From assembly GCF_900188385.1 (NCBI RefSeq), contig NZ_FZOI01000002.1, positions 254,542 to 278,541 on the forward strand: a stretch of DNA of 24,000 bases, in the 5' to 3' direction. A program made the position numbers and the translations under genes. Numbering within the stretch: position 1 is the first letter of the stretch; each line of letters begins with the position of its first letter. The DNA comes from Azospirillum sp. RU38E (GTDB lineage Bacteria > Pseudomonadota > Alphaproteobacteria > Azospirillales > Azospirillaceae). Below, in pieces: positions 8,764-15,996 of the stretch. The notes under the pieces are model-generated. The model searched no databases and had not been told where the DNA came from. It saw only the letters and a program-made list of their open reading frames with translations.

Positions 8764-8779
8764 TGGCACGGCCTGTGCC
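8764..8779 (+). promoter_or_regulatory. Sigma-54 (-24/-12) promoter of rtcB
   Basis: TGGCACGGCCTGTGCC has GG-N10-GC spacing against the consensus TGGCAC-N5-TTGC. It lies about 80 nt upstream of the rtcB ATG and next to a sigma-54 activator gene. Confidence 0.6.
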
Positions 8780-8858
8780 TATAGGGGGCAATGCAAAACC
8801 TTCTCGCAGCTGCCCGCTGCTTTTCACGCAAAACAATATTTGTGAAAGGAACAGGATC

Positions 8859-10085
8859 ATGAATGAGCGCCATTATGATGTGATGCCGGTGGATGGCGGT
8901 GTGCCGGTCAAGATGTGGACGCGCGGTGTGACGGTGGAGGAAGCGGCCCTGAACCAGCTTCGCGCCGCCGCCCGGATGCCGTTCATCTTCGGCCATGTCG
9001 CGGCCATGCCCGACGTCCATACCGGCATTGGTGCAACCGTGGGATCGGTAATCCCGACCAAGGGTGCCATCATCCCGGCGGCTGTGGGTGTGGATATCGG
9101 CTGCGGCATGTGTGCCGCCCAGACCACCCTGATGGCATCTGACCTGCCCGACAATCTGGAGGGGATACGCAGCGCCATTGAGCGTGCTGTCCCCCATGGT
9201 CGCACGGTGGGGCGGGGCACCCGTGACAAGGGTTCGTGGGGTGATCCGCCGCCTGATGTGGTTGCCGCTTGGCAGACCCTGGAGGCACGGTTTCAACGCC
9301 TGACGGAAAAATACCCCGCCCTCGCCAGGGCTAACCATGTCACCCATCTGGGAACGTTGGGAACCGGGAACCATTTTGTGGAAATCTGCCTGGATGAGGC
9401 TGACCGGGTATGGGTAATGCTGCATTCCGGTTCGCGCGGGGTGGGCAACGCCATCGGTACCTTCTTCATCGAACTGGCGAAGAAAGATATGCGCCGCTGG
9501 TTCATCAACCTGCCCGACGAGGATCTGGCCTATTTCCCGGAAGGGAGCGACCATTTCGACGATTATGTGGAGGCAGTGGGCTGGGCGCAGGATTTCGCGG
9601 CCCTGAACCGGCGCATGATGATGACCCACACCATGGCAGCCCTGGCCAGGGTGATACCGAAGCCCTTCGGGGCGGAGGTGCAGGCCATCAATTGCCACCA
9701 TAATTATGTCCGCCGCGAAAAGCATTTCGGCCAGAACGTCATTATCACCCGCAAGGGGGCAGTGCGGGCAGGGGCCGGGGAGATGGGCATCATCCCCGGC
9801 AGCATGGGCACGCGGTCCTATATCGTACGCGGCCGGGGCAACAGCGCCAGTTTTGAAAGCTGCTCGCACGGGGCGGGGCGTGTGATGTCCCGGAACGAGG
9901 CCCGCCGGCGCTTCACGCTGGAGGATCACGCGCGCGCCACCGAAGGGGTGGAATGCCGCAAAGATGCCGATGTCATCGATGAGACCCCGATGGCTTACAA
10001 GCCGATCGAGGCGGTGATGGCTGCCCAGGCTGATCTGGTGGAAATTGTGCACACGTTGAAGCAGGTCGTGTGCGTCAAGGGATAG
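8859..10085 (+). CDS. rtcB: RNA-splicing ligase RtcB (3'-phosphate/5'-hydroxyl RNA ligase)
   Basis: RtcB signatures are present: GIGATVGSVIPT, VGVDIGCGM, GTLGTGNHFVEI, HSGSRGVGN, NCHHNY, IPGSMG and SCSHGAGR. I chose the ATG at 8859 (RBS AAAGGAACAGGA), giving 408 aa, the same length as E. coli RtcB. The track start at 8733 would place the sigma-54 promoter inside the gene. Confidence 0.93.
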   Translation: MNERHYDVMPVDGGVPVKMWTRGVTVEEAALNQLRAAARMPFIFGHVAAMPDVHTGIGATVGSVIPTKGAIIPAAVGVDIGCGMCAAQTTLMASDLPDNLEGIRSAIERAVPHGRTVGRGTRDKGSWGDPPPDVVAAWQTLEARFQRLTEKYPALARANHVTHLGTLGTGNHFVEICLDEADRVWVMLHSGSRGVGNAIGTFFIELAKKDMRRWFINLPDEDLAYFPEGSDHFDDYVEAVGWAQDFAALNRRMMMTHTMAALARVIPKPFGAEVQAINCHHNYVRREKHFGQNVIITRKGAVRAGAGEMGIIPGSMGTRSYIVRGRGNSASFESCSHGAGRVMSRNEARRRFTLEDHARATEGVECRKDADVIDETPMAYKPIEAVMAAQADLVEIVHTLKQVVCVKG

Positions 10086-10221
10086 GGACATGACAATCAT
10101 CGGCGGTGCGCCGAGGAAGGGCAGGGGACCCGTGCTGCGCGCCGCTCTTTCGCTTTCCATGGACACGGGCCAGCCCTTCCACAGCAACAATGCCCGGGCT
10201 GGGCGAAACCCGGCCTAACCT

Positions 10222-11169
10222 TCACACCCGGCCTGGTGAAAACCGGCGATTATCATTCTCGGTTGGGACCAGCCAAGGGGGACCTGACAGAGCCGTCCGG
10301 AGCGATTCCAGGAAGGCATTCGCGCGGCTGCTTCGGCCCCTGCGGGCATGGACCAATGCCACGACATCGGCGGGCGGTGGTGACCATTGCGGTAGTATCT
10401 GTTGCAATTGCCCCGCCGCAAGGCTGGTGGCCACGTCCCACTCACTTCTGATGATGATGCCGGCGCCGGAAAGCGCCCAGTCACGGATGACGTCGCCGTC
10501 ATTGGTCGACATTGTCGGCTTTATCCGCACGGTCGCCATCCCGTGCTTTGGATGCGTGAACCGCCATAAGGTCACGTCTTCATTATTCTCCCGCAATGCC
10601 AGACAGCGATGCAGGGCCAGATCCTCCGGTCGCTCAATGGCGGGGTTTCTTTCCAGATAGCTGGGGGCCGCACACAGAATGCGACGGTTGGGGGCCAGCG
10701 TGGTCACCAGTCGGTCGCTTTCCGGCAAGGCGCCGATATGGACGACGATGTCCCAGCTTTCCGACATCTGCCGGATCGGGCTGTCCGACAATTCAAGCGT
10801 CACGGTTGCCGAGGGATGGCGCTGGGCGAAATCCCGCACGATAGGCGCGATATAGCGCCGCCCGAAGCCGTGGGGTGCGGCAATCCGCAGATGCCCGCGC
10901 ACCTGCGTGGTTCGCCGGGCCAGGCGTTCGGACAGATCATCCACGGCTTCAATGATGGCAGCCCCCTCCGACACCAGCAGTTCACCCTCGTCTGTAAGGG
11001 TAAGGCCGCGGGAGGTGCGATCCACCAGATTGACCCCCACCCGTGTCTCCAGCGCCCGCAGCCGCTGGGTTACCGCAGGGGCGGTGACGTTCAGCCGCCG
11101 CGCGGCCTCCGCCAGCGAATGGGAGTCGGCGATGGTGGCGAAGAAGACCAGATCGTCGGTGGAGATCAT
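10222..11169 (-). CDS. LysR-family transcriptional regulator
   Basis: Classic LTTR N-terminal wHTH (MISTDDLVFFATIADSHSLAEAARRLNVTAPAVTQRLRALE) followed by a substrate-binding domain. I prefer the internal ATG at 11169 (315 aa) over the track start at 11274. It is divergent from the aldehyde dehydrogenase gene. Confidence 0.85.
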   Translation of the reverse strand: MISTDDLVFFATIADSHSLAEAARRLNVTAPAVTQRLRALETRVGVNLVDRTSRGLTLTDEGELLVSEGAAIIEAVDDLSERLARRTTQVRGHLRIAAPHGFGRRYIAPIVRDFAQRHPSATVTLELSDSPIRQMSESWDIVVHIGALPESDRLVTTLAPNRRILCAAPSYLERNPAIERPEDLALHRCLALRENNEDVTLWRFTHPKHGMATVRIKPTMSTNDGDVIRDWALSGAGIIIRSEWDVATSLAAGQLQQILPQWSPPPADVVALVHARRGRSSRANAFLESLRTALSGPPWLVPTENDNRRFSPGRV

Positions 11170-11179
11170 AAGGTCAACC

Positions 11180-11231
11180 TTAACTAAACATAAATTGATT
11201 GTTAATTGTACCCTTGGTGTTTTTGCACAAT
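11180..11231. promoter_or_regulatory. Candidate LysR-type binding sites (two adjacent dyads) in the LysR / ALDH divergent region
   Basis: TTAAC-N16-GTTAA (11180-11205) is followed immediately by ATTGTAC-N13-GCACAAT (11205-11231, 6 of 7 complementary). The stretch is AT-rich in a GC-rich genome, which is typical for LTTR regulatory sites. Confidence 0.3.
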
Positions 11232-11300
11232 CCTTCCTCTTGCGCAACGTCCCGGGATCGGTGGTCCCGGTCATTCTCGGTTGGTGCGGAAGGGTCGGAC

Positions 11301-12740
11301 ATGGAATTCACGGTCTGCGATCACCACTATATCGACGGGCGTTGGGTCGCTCCGTTAACGCCCCAGGACAGCATCGCGGTCATCAATCCGGCAACGCAAA
11401 TGACCATTGGCCGGGTTGTGTCCGGCGGTGCCGACGATATCGACCTGGCCGTTGCGGCTGCGCGCACCGCCTTTCCGGCATTCTCCACCTGTCCGGTGCG
11501 TGATCGTGCTGCCCTTCTGGAACGAATTCTGGCCCTTCTGGAAGAACGGTCGGAGGAAATGGCCCAGGCGATCACCCGCGAGATGGGGGCCGCGATCACC
11601 TTCTCCAGGGCCTCGCAGGTTCCTTTCGGTATCGCGCATATAAGGGCAGCCATCGAGGTCCTGGAAACCTACCCCTTCATCCGCCAGCGGGGAACGACGG
11701 CCACGATCAAGGAGGCGATTGGGGTCTGCGGCTTGATCACGCCGTGGAACTGGCCGCTTTACCAGATCACTGCCAAGGTCGCGCCGGCGATTGCCGCCGG
11801 TTGCACGATCGTGCTGAAGCCAAGCGAGGCGTCACCCTTCAGCGCGCAACTGTTCGCGCAGATCATGCACGACGCCGGGACGCCAGCCGGCGTGTTCAAC
11901 CTTGTTCATGGTACCGGGCCGCAGGTGGGCGCCGCGCTGGCCGCGCACCCCGATGTGGACATGATCTCGATCACGGGATCGACCCGCGCGGGGGTTCTGG
12001 TTGCCCAGGCAGCAGCGCCTACCGTGAAGCGGGTCACGCAGGAACTGGGCGGGAAATCCCCCAATATTCTGCTCGACGATGCCGATTTTGATCGGGTTGT
12101 CCCCTTGGGCGTGGCGTCGGCCTTCCGCAATGTCGGGCAATCCTGCTCCGCGCCCACCCGGATGCTGGTGCCGGCCAGCCGGTTGGCACAGGTTGAGGAA
12201 CTGGCCGCCACGGCGGCGGCAGGGATGGTGGTGGGCGATCCGTTGCAGGAGGGCACAACGCTAGGCCCCGTTTCCACCCAGGCCCAGTTCGACAAGGTCC
12301 AGGCCATGATCGCCATCGGCATGGCAGAGGGGGCTTTGCTGGTCTGCGGCGGGCCGGGGCGACCGGCAGGGCTGGAGCGGGGCTTCTTTGTTCGGCCCAC
12401 GATCTTTTCCCAGGTCCGCTCCACCATGCGTATCGCCCAGGAGGAGATCTTTGGTCCCGTCCTCTGCCTGATCCCCTATGTCGACGAGGCAGAGGCGATC
12501 CGCATCGCCAACGACACTGTCTATGGCCTGGGCTCGCACATTCAGTCGGCTGACCGTGACCGGGCACGGCGTGTCGCAAGGCATATCAGGGCCGGGCAGG
12601 TCCATATCAACCATCCGGCCTGGGACGCCCATGCCGCCTTCGGCGGCTACAAACAGTCCGGAAATGGCCGCGAATACGGGGAATTCGGCATGGAGGAATA
12701 TCTGGAGACCAAGGCCATCCTTGGATATTTCCCGCAATGA
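11301..12740 (+). CDS. NAD(P)-dependent aldehyde dehydrogenase
   Basis: 479 aa from the ATG at 11301 (MEFTVCDHHYIDGRWV). ALDH motifs are present: ITPWNWP, the catalytic Glu in ELGGKSP and the catalytic Cys in GQSCSAPTR. The C-terminus has EEIFGPV and YKQSGNGRE. The track start at 11199 adds an implausible 34-aa extension. Confidence 0.9.
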   Translation: MEFTVCDHHYIDGRWVAPLTPQDSIAVINPATQMTIGRVVSGGADDIDLAVAAARTAFPAFSTCPVRDRAALLERILALLEERSEEMAQAITREMGAAITFSRASQVPFGIAHIRAAIEVLETYPFIRQRGTTATIKEAIGVCGLITPWNWPLYQITAKVAPAIAAGCTIVLKPSEASPFSAQLFAQIMHDAGTPAGVFNLVHGTGPQVGAALAAHPDVDMISITGSTRAGVLVAQAAAPTVKRVTQELGGKSPNILLDDADFDRVVPLGVASAFRNVGQSCSAPTRMLVPASRLAQVEELAATAAAGMVVGDPLQEGTTLGPVSTQAQFDKVQAMIAIGMAEGALLVCGGPGRPAGLERGFFVRPTIFSQVRSTMRIAQEEIFGPVLCLIPYVDEAEAIRIANDTVYGLGSHIQSADRDRARRVARHIRAGQVHINHPAWDAHAAFGGYKQSGNGREYGEFGMEEYLETKAILGYFPQ

Positions 12741-14305
12741 GCGGGGGCAAGCTCACCCGTCGGGTTCTGCTGGGGGCGGCCGGGGCTGGGCTGGCGGCGG
12801 CCGGGTTTCAGCTGCTGCAAAAGCCCACAACCGTCGCGCCCCGTTCGGTCAGCGGTTCGTCAGAACCCCGTGTCGGCGGTCGCATCCGGGTGGCCAGCAC
12901 ATCATCATCCACCGCCGACACGCTGGACCCGGCGAAAGGCGCGATGAGCACGGATTATGTGCGCCATTACATGCTGTATAGCGGCCTGACCGAACTGGAC
13001 CGCGATCTGAACCCCCGTCCCGCCCTGGCAGAGATGATCGTCAGCGACGATCAGATCGTGTGGCAGGTGAAATTGCGCCAGGGTGTTCAGTTCCATGACG
13101 GCAAAAATCTTGACGCATCCGATGTGGTCTTCTCCCTGCAGCGGCACAAAAACCCTGGCCTCGGCTCAAAAATGCGGGAGATCGCCAAGCAGTTCAAAGA
13201 AGTCAGGGCAACAGGGCCGCTGGAACTGCTGATTGAGCTGACCGGCCCCAATGCGGATTTACCGGCAATCCTCGCCCAGTCCCATTTTCTGATCGTCCCC
13301 CAGGGACAGACAAGTTTTGCCACGGCCAATGGCACGGGGCCGTTCCGTCTGGTCGAATTTCAACCCGGTATTCGCACCATCGTCCGACGGAACCCCAATT
13401 TCTGGAAACCCGGCAAACCGTATCTGGAGGAGATTGAGCTGATCGGCATCCCGGATGAGATGAGCCGGGTCAACGCCCTGCTGTCGGGTGATGTGCAGAT
13501 CATCAATGCCGTCAATCCGCGTTCGGCCAAACGCATCCGGGGGGAACCGGGATATGACCTGCTGGAGACGCGATCAGGTCTCTATACCAACCTTATCATG
13601 CGGCAGGACCACCAGCCGACCGCCAGCCCCGACTTCACAGCCGCCATCAAGTACCTGCTGGATCGGCCCTTGATCAACCGGGCGCTGTTCCGGAATTACG
13701 GGACCATCGCCAACGATCATCCGATACCGCCCTTCCATCCCTATTACCGCGATGACTTGCCGCAGACCAGCCTCGATCTGGACCGGGCCAAATGGCATGT
13801 GCAGCGGGGCGGCCTGTTCGGAATGCGCCTGCCCATGTATGCCGCACCGGCTGCCGAAGGGTCGGTCGAGATAGCATCCGTTCTTCAGGAATATGCAGCG
13901 CGTGTCGGCCTGAAACTGGCGGTCAACCGCATGACGTCCGATGGATATTGGTCGACCCATTGGATGAAGCACCCGCTGAGCTTCGGCAACACCAACCCGC
14001 GCCCGACGGCGGACATGATCTTCAGTCTTTTCTACAAGTCTGACGCGACATGGAACGAAACAGGTTGGCGAAATCCCCGGTTCGACGGGCTGCTGCTGGA
14101 AGCCCGCGCGGAGCCGGACACGGCGCGGCGCAAACAGCTTTATGGCGAGATGCAGGGTCTTGTGCGGGACCATTGCGGCAATGCCATCCCCGTCTTCATG
14201 AGTGTTCTGGACGGTTATGATCGCCGCGTGAAGGGTCTGTATCCCGTCCCGCTGGGCGGGTTCATGGGCTACACCTTCGCCGAACATGTGTGGTGGGATG
14301 CTTGA
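12737..14305 (+). CDS. ABC-transporter substrate-binding protein, family 5 (peptide/nickel/opine type), with a twin-arginine-like signal
   Basis: 522 aa. The N-terminus is MSGGKLTRRVLLGAAGAGLAAAGF. The body is typical of SBP_bac_5 (FHDGKNLDASDVVFS, GTGPFRLVEFQPG, VRRNPNFW). The ATGA overlaps the ALDH stop. There are no permease or ATPase genes anywhere in the window. Confidence 0.85.
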   Translation: MSGGKLTRRVLLGAAGAGLAAAGFQLLQKPTTVAPRSVSGSSEPRVGGRIRVASTSSSTADTLDPAKGAMSTDYVRHYMLYSGLTELDRDLNPRPALAEMIVSDDQIVWQVKLRQGVQFHDGKNLDASDVVFSLQRHKNPGLGSKMREIAKQFKEVRATGPLELLIELTGPNADLPAILAQSHFLIVPQGQTSFATANGTGPFRLVEFQPGIRTIVRRNPNFWKPGKPYLEEIELIGIPDEMSRVNALLSGDVQIINAVNPRSAKRIRGEPGYDLLETRSGLYTNLIMRQDHQPTASPDFTAAIKYLLDRPLINRALFRNYGTIANDHPIPPFHPYYRDDLPQTSLDLDRAKWHVQRGGLFGMRLPMYAAPAAEGSVEIASVLQEYAARVGLKLAVNRMTSDGYWSTHWMKHPLSFGNTNPRPTADMIFSLFYKSDATWNETGWRNPRFDGLLLEARAEPDTARRKQLYGEMQGLVRDHCGNAIPVFMSVLDGYDRRVKGLYPVPLGGFMGYTFAEHVWWDA

Positions 14306-14404
14306 GTCATTAAGTTCAAACTTATCTTTTCATGCAGAAATCGTTAATTGTCTCGCTCCCGCTGCGGGGGCAAAAAAGATCACCCTATTTGCGAGGATAC
14401 CTCT

Positions 14405-15583
14405 GTGACATATGCGGAATTCCAGACCAAGCCAGAGCCGGAGCCGCTGCGTCTGGCCGATCTTGAAACCCCCTGTCTGCTTCTGGATGCCGATCGCATG
14501 GACCGCAACATTGCGCGGTTGCGGCAGCGGCTTGATGCTCTGGGGGTGTCGCTGCGCCCGCATCTGAAGACCGCGAAGTCGGTTGATGTGGCCCGTCGCG
14601 TGATGAGTTCGGCCGCAGGCCCGGCCACGGTCTCGACCCTGAAGGAGGCGGAGTATTTTGCCGCGGCCGGCGTCCGCGACATGATCTATGCCGTCGGCAT
14701 TGCCCCCGGCAAACTCGACAAGGTGCAGCAACTCCGCCAGAAGGATGTCGATATTGCCGTCGTTCTGGATACGGTGGAACAGGCGCAAGCCGTCGCTGCC
14801 GCATCGCGGGCAGCTGGCCAGGCGATCCCAGCCCTGATTGAGATTGATTGCGACGGCCATCGCTCGGGCGTTCTTCCCGGCGATGCCGCCTCTCTGCTGG
14901 CGATCGCTCAGGCGCTCACCGATGGTGCGGAGCTTCGCGGTGTGCTGACCCATGCCGGTGCCAGCTATGGCGCGCGGACCGAACAGGCGCTGATCGAGGC
15001 GGCGGCGCAGGAACGCCGGGCCGTTGTCCAGGCGGCGGAAACGCTGCGGGGGGCCGGCTATGCCTGCCCCGTGGTCAGTCTGGGCTCCACCCCCACCGCC
15101 CATTTCGCCACCGACCTGACCGGTGTCAGCGAAGTGCGGGCTGGTGTGTTCGTCTTCTTCGATCTGGTGATGACGGGCATTGGTGTCTGTACGGTCGATG
15201 ATATCGCCTTGTCGGTCCTGGCCACGGTGATCGGGCATCAGCGGGAAAAGGGCTGGATATTGGTCGATGCCGGCTGGATGGCGATGTCGCAGGATCGCGG
15301 CACCGCCAAACAGCCGGTCAGTCAAGGGTATGGGCTGGTCTGCGACAGCACGGGTACACCCTATGCCGATATCATCCTGGCCGATGCCAATCAGGAACAT
15401 GGGATCGTAACGGTTCGGCCTGGTTCCGGGGCGACGCTGCCCGATCTGAAGATCGGTGATCGCGTGCGTATCCTGCCCAACCATGCCTGTGCCACGGGCG
15501 CGCAGCATGGCAGCTACCGCGTCGTTCGTGCTACATCCGATAGTGTGGAGGCCAACTGGCAGCGTTTCGGGGGCTGGTCATGA
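14405..15583 (+). CDS. Fold-type-III PLP enzyme of the DSD1 / D-serine dehydratase-like / D-threo-3-hydroxyaspartate dehydratase / D-threonine aldolase family
   Basis: It has an alanine-racemase-N-like domain with the PLP lysine motif RPHLKTAKS. The C-terminal D-serine-dehydratase-like domain carries ILPNHACATG (His/Cys metal-site motif). I prefer the GTG at 14405, which lies 7 nt after GAGGA, over the track start at 14348, which is TTG. Confidence 0.8.
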   Translation: MTYAEFQTKPEPEPLRLADLETPCLLLDADRMDRNIARLRQRLDALGVSLRPHLKTAKSVDVARRVMSSAAGPATVSTLKEAEYFAAAGVRDMIYAVGIAPGKLDKVQQLRQKDVDIAVVLDTVEQAQAVAAASRAAGQAIPALIEIDCDGHRSGVLPGDAASLLAIAQALTDGAELRGVLTHAGASYGARTEQALIEAAAQERRAVVQAAETLRGAGYACPVVSLGSTPTAHFATDLTGVSEVRAGVFVFFDLVMTGIGVCTVDDIALSVLATVIGHQREKGWILVDAGWMAMSQDRGTAKQPVSQGYGLVCDSTGTPYADIILADANQEHGIVTVRPGSGATLPDLKIGDRVRILPNHACATGAQHGSYRVVRATSDSVEANWQRFGGWS

Positions 15584-15972
15584 ACAACATCGAGCCGGTA
15601 TTCACCGACGCCGCACCGGCGCCCGCGGGCCACTATGTGCAGGGGATGCGAGCGGGTGACACGCTTTATATTTCCGGCCAACTGCCCATCCGGCCGGATC
15701 GGCAGCCTTTGTCCGATCCCGGCTTTGACGCACAGGCCCGGCAGGCCATCGCCAATATGCTGGCGATCCTTGACGCCGCTGGGGGCACGCCGGCAAATCT
15801 GGTCCGGGTGACGGCCTACATTGTCGGCGTTGCGAACTGGCCGGAATTTAACCGCCTCTATGCGGAGATGCTGCCCGATGCGCGGCCGGCGCGGACGGTG
15901 GTGCCGGTGCCGGAGCTTCATTATGGTTTCCTGGTGGAAATTGACGCCGTGGCGCATCTGCCGGCGGCCTGA
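15580..15972 (+). CDS. ridA: RidA/YjgF/TdcF-family reactive-intermediate (enamine/imine) deaminase
   Basis: 130 aa with family motifs (APAPAGHYVQG, LYISGQLPI, PARTVVPV, VEIDAVA). It has a 4-nt ATGA overlap with the upstream PLP enzyme. Confidence 0.85.
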   Translation: MNNIEPVFTDAAPAPAGHYVQGMRAGDTLYISGQLPIRPDRQPLSDPGFDAQARQAIANMLAILDAAGGTPANLVRVTAYIVGVANWPEFNRLYAEMLPDARPARTVVPVPELHYGFLVEIDAVAHLPAA

Positions 15973-15996
15973 CTTCCCCGCTCTTGAGGTTTCACC

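Noticed and set aside
8733-8858. N-terminal extensions implied by the ORF track for rtcB (8733), the LysR gene (11274), the ALDH (11199), the DUF475 gene (21234), the MFS transporter (5608) and the PLP enzyme (14348)
   Set aside because: In each case an internal start lies just after a good RBS and gives the canonical family N-terminus and length. The extensions are non-homologous. For rtcB, the extension would swallow the sigma-54 promoter.
8673-10190. 505-aa ORF on the minus strand covering the whole rtcB region
   Set aside because: It is exactly antisense to a gene with unmistakable RtcB motifs. Its translation is low-complexity (Arg/Gly/His/Pro/Ala-rich) with no recognisable domain. Long stop-free antisense frames are expected in GC-rich coding DNA.
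14330-15508. 392-aa minus-strand ORF antisense to the DSD1-like PLP enzyme
   Set aside because: The + strand frame carries the PLP-lysine and NHAC motifs and is ATGA-coupled to ridA. The antisense translation is Arg/Gly/Asp/Gln-rich without domain features.
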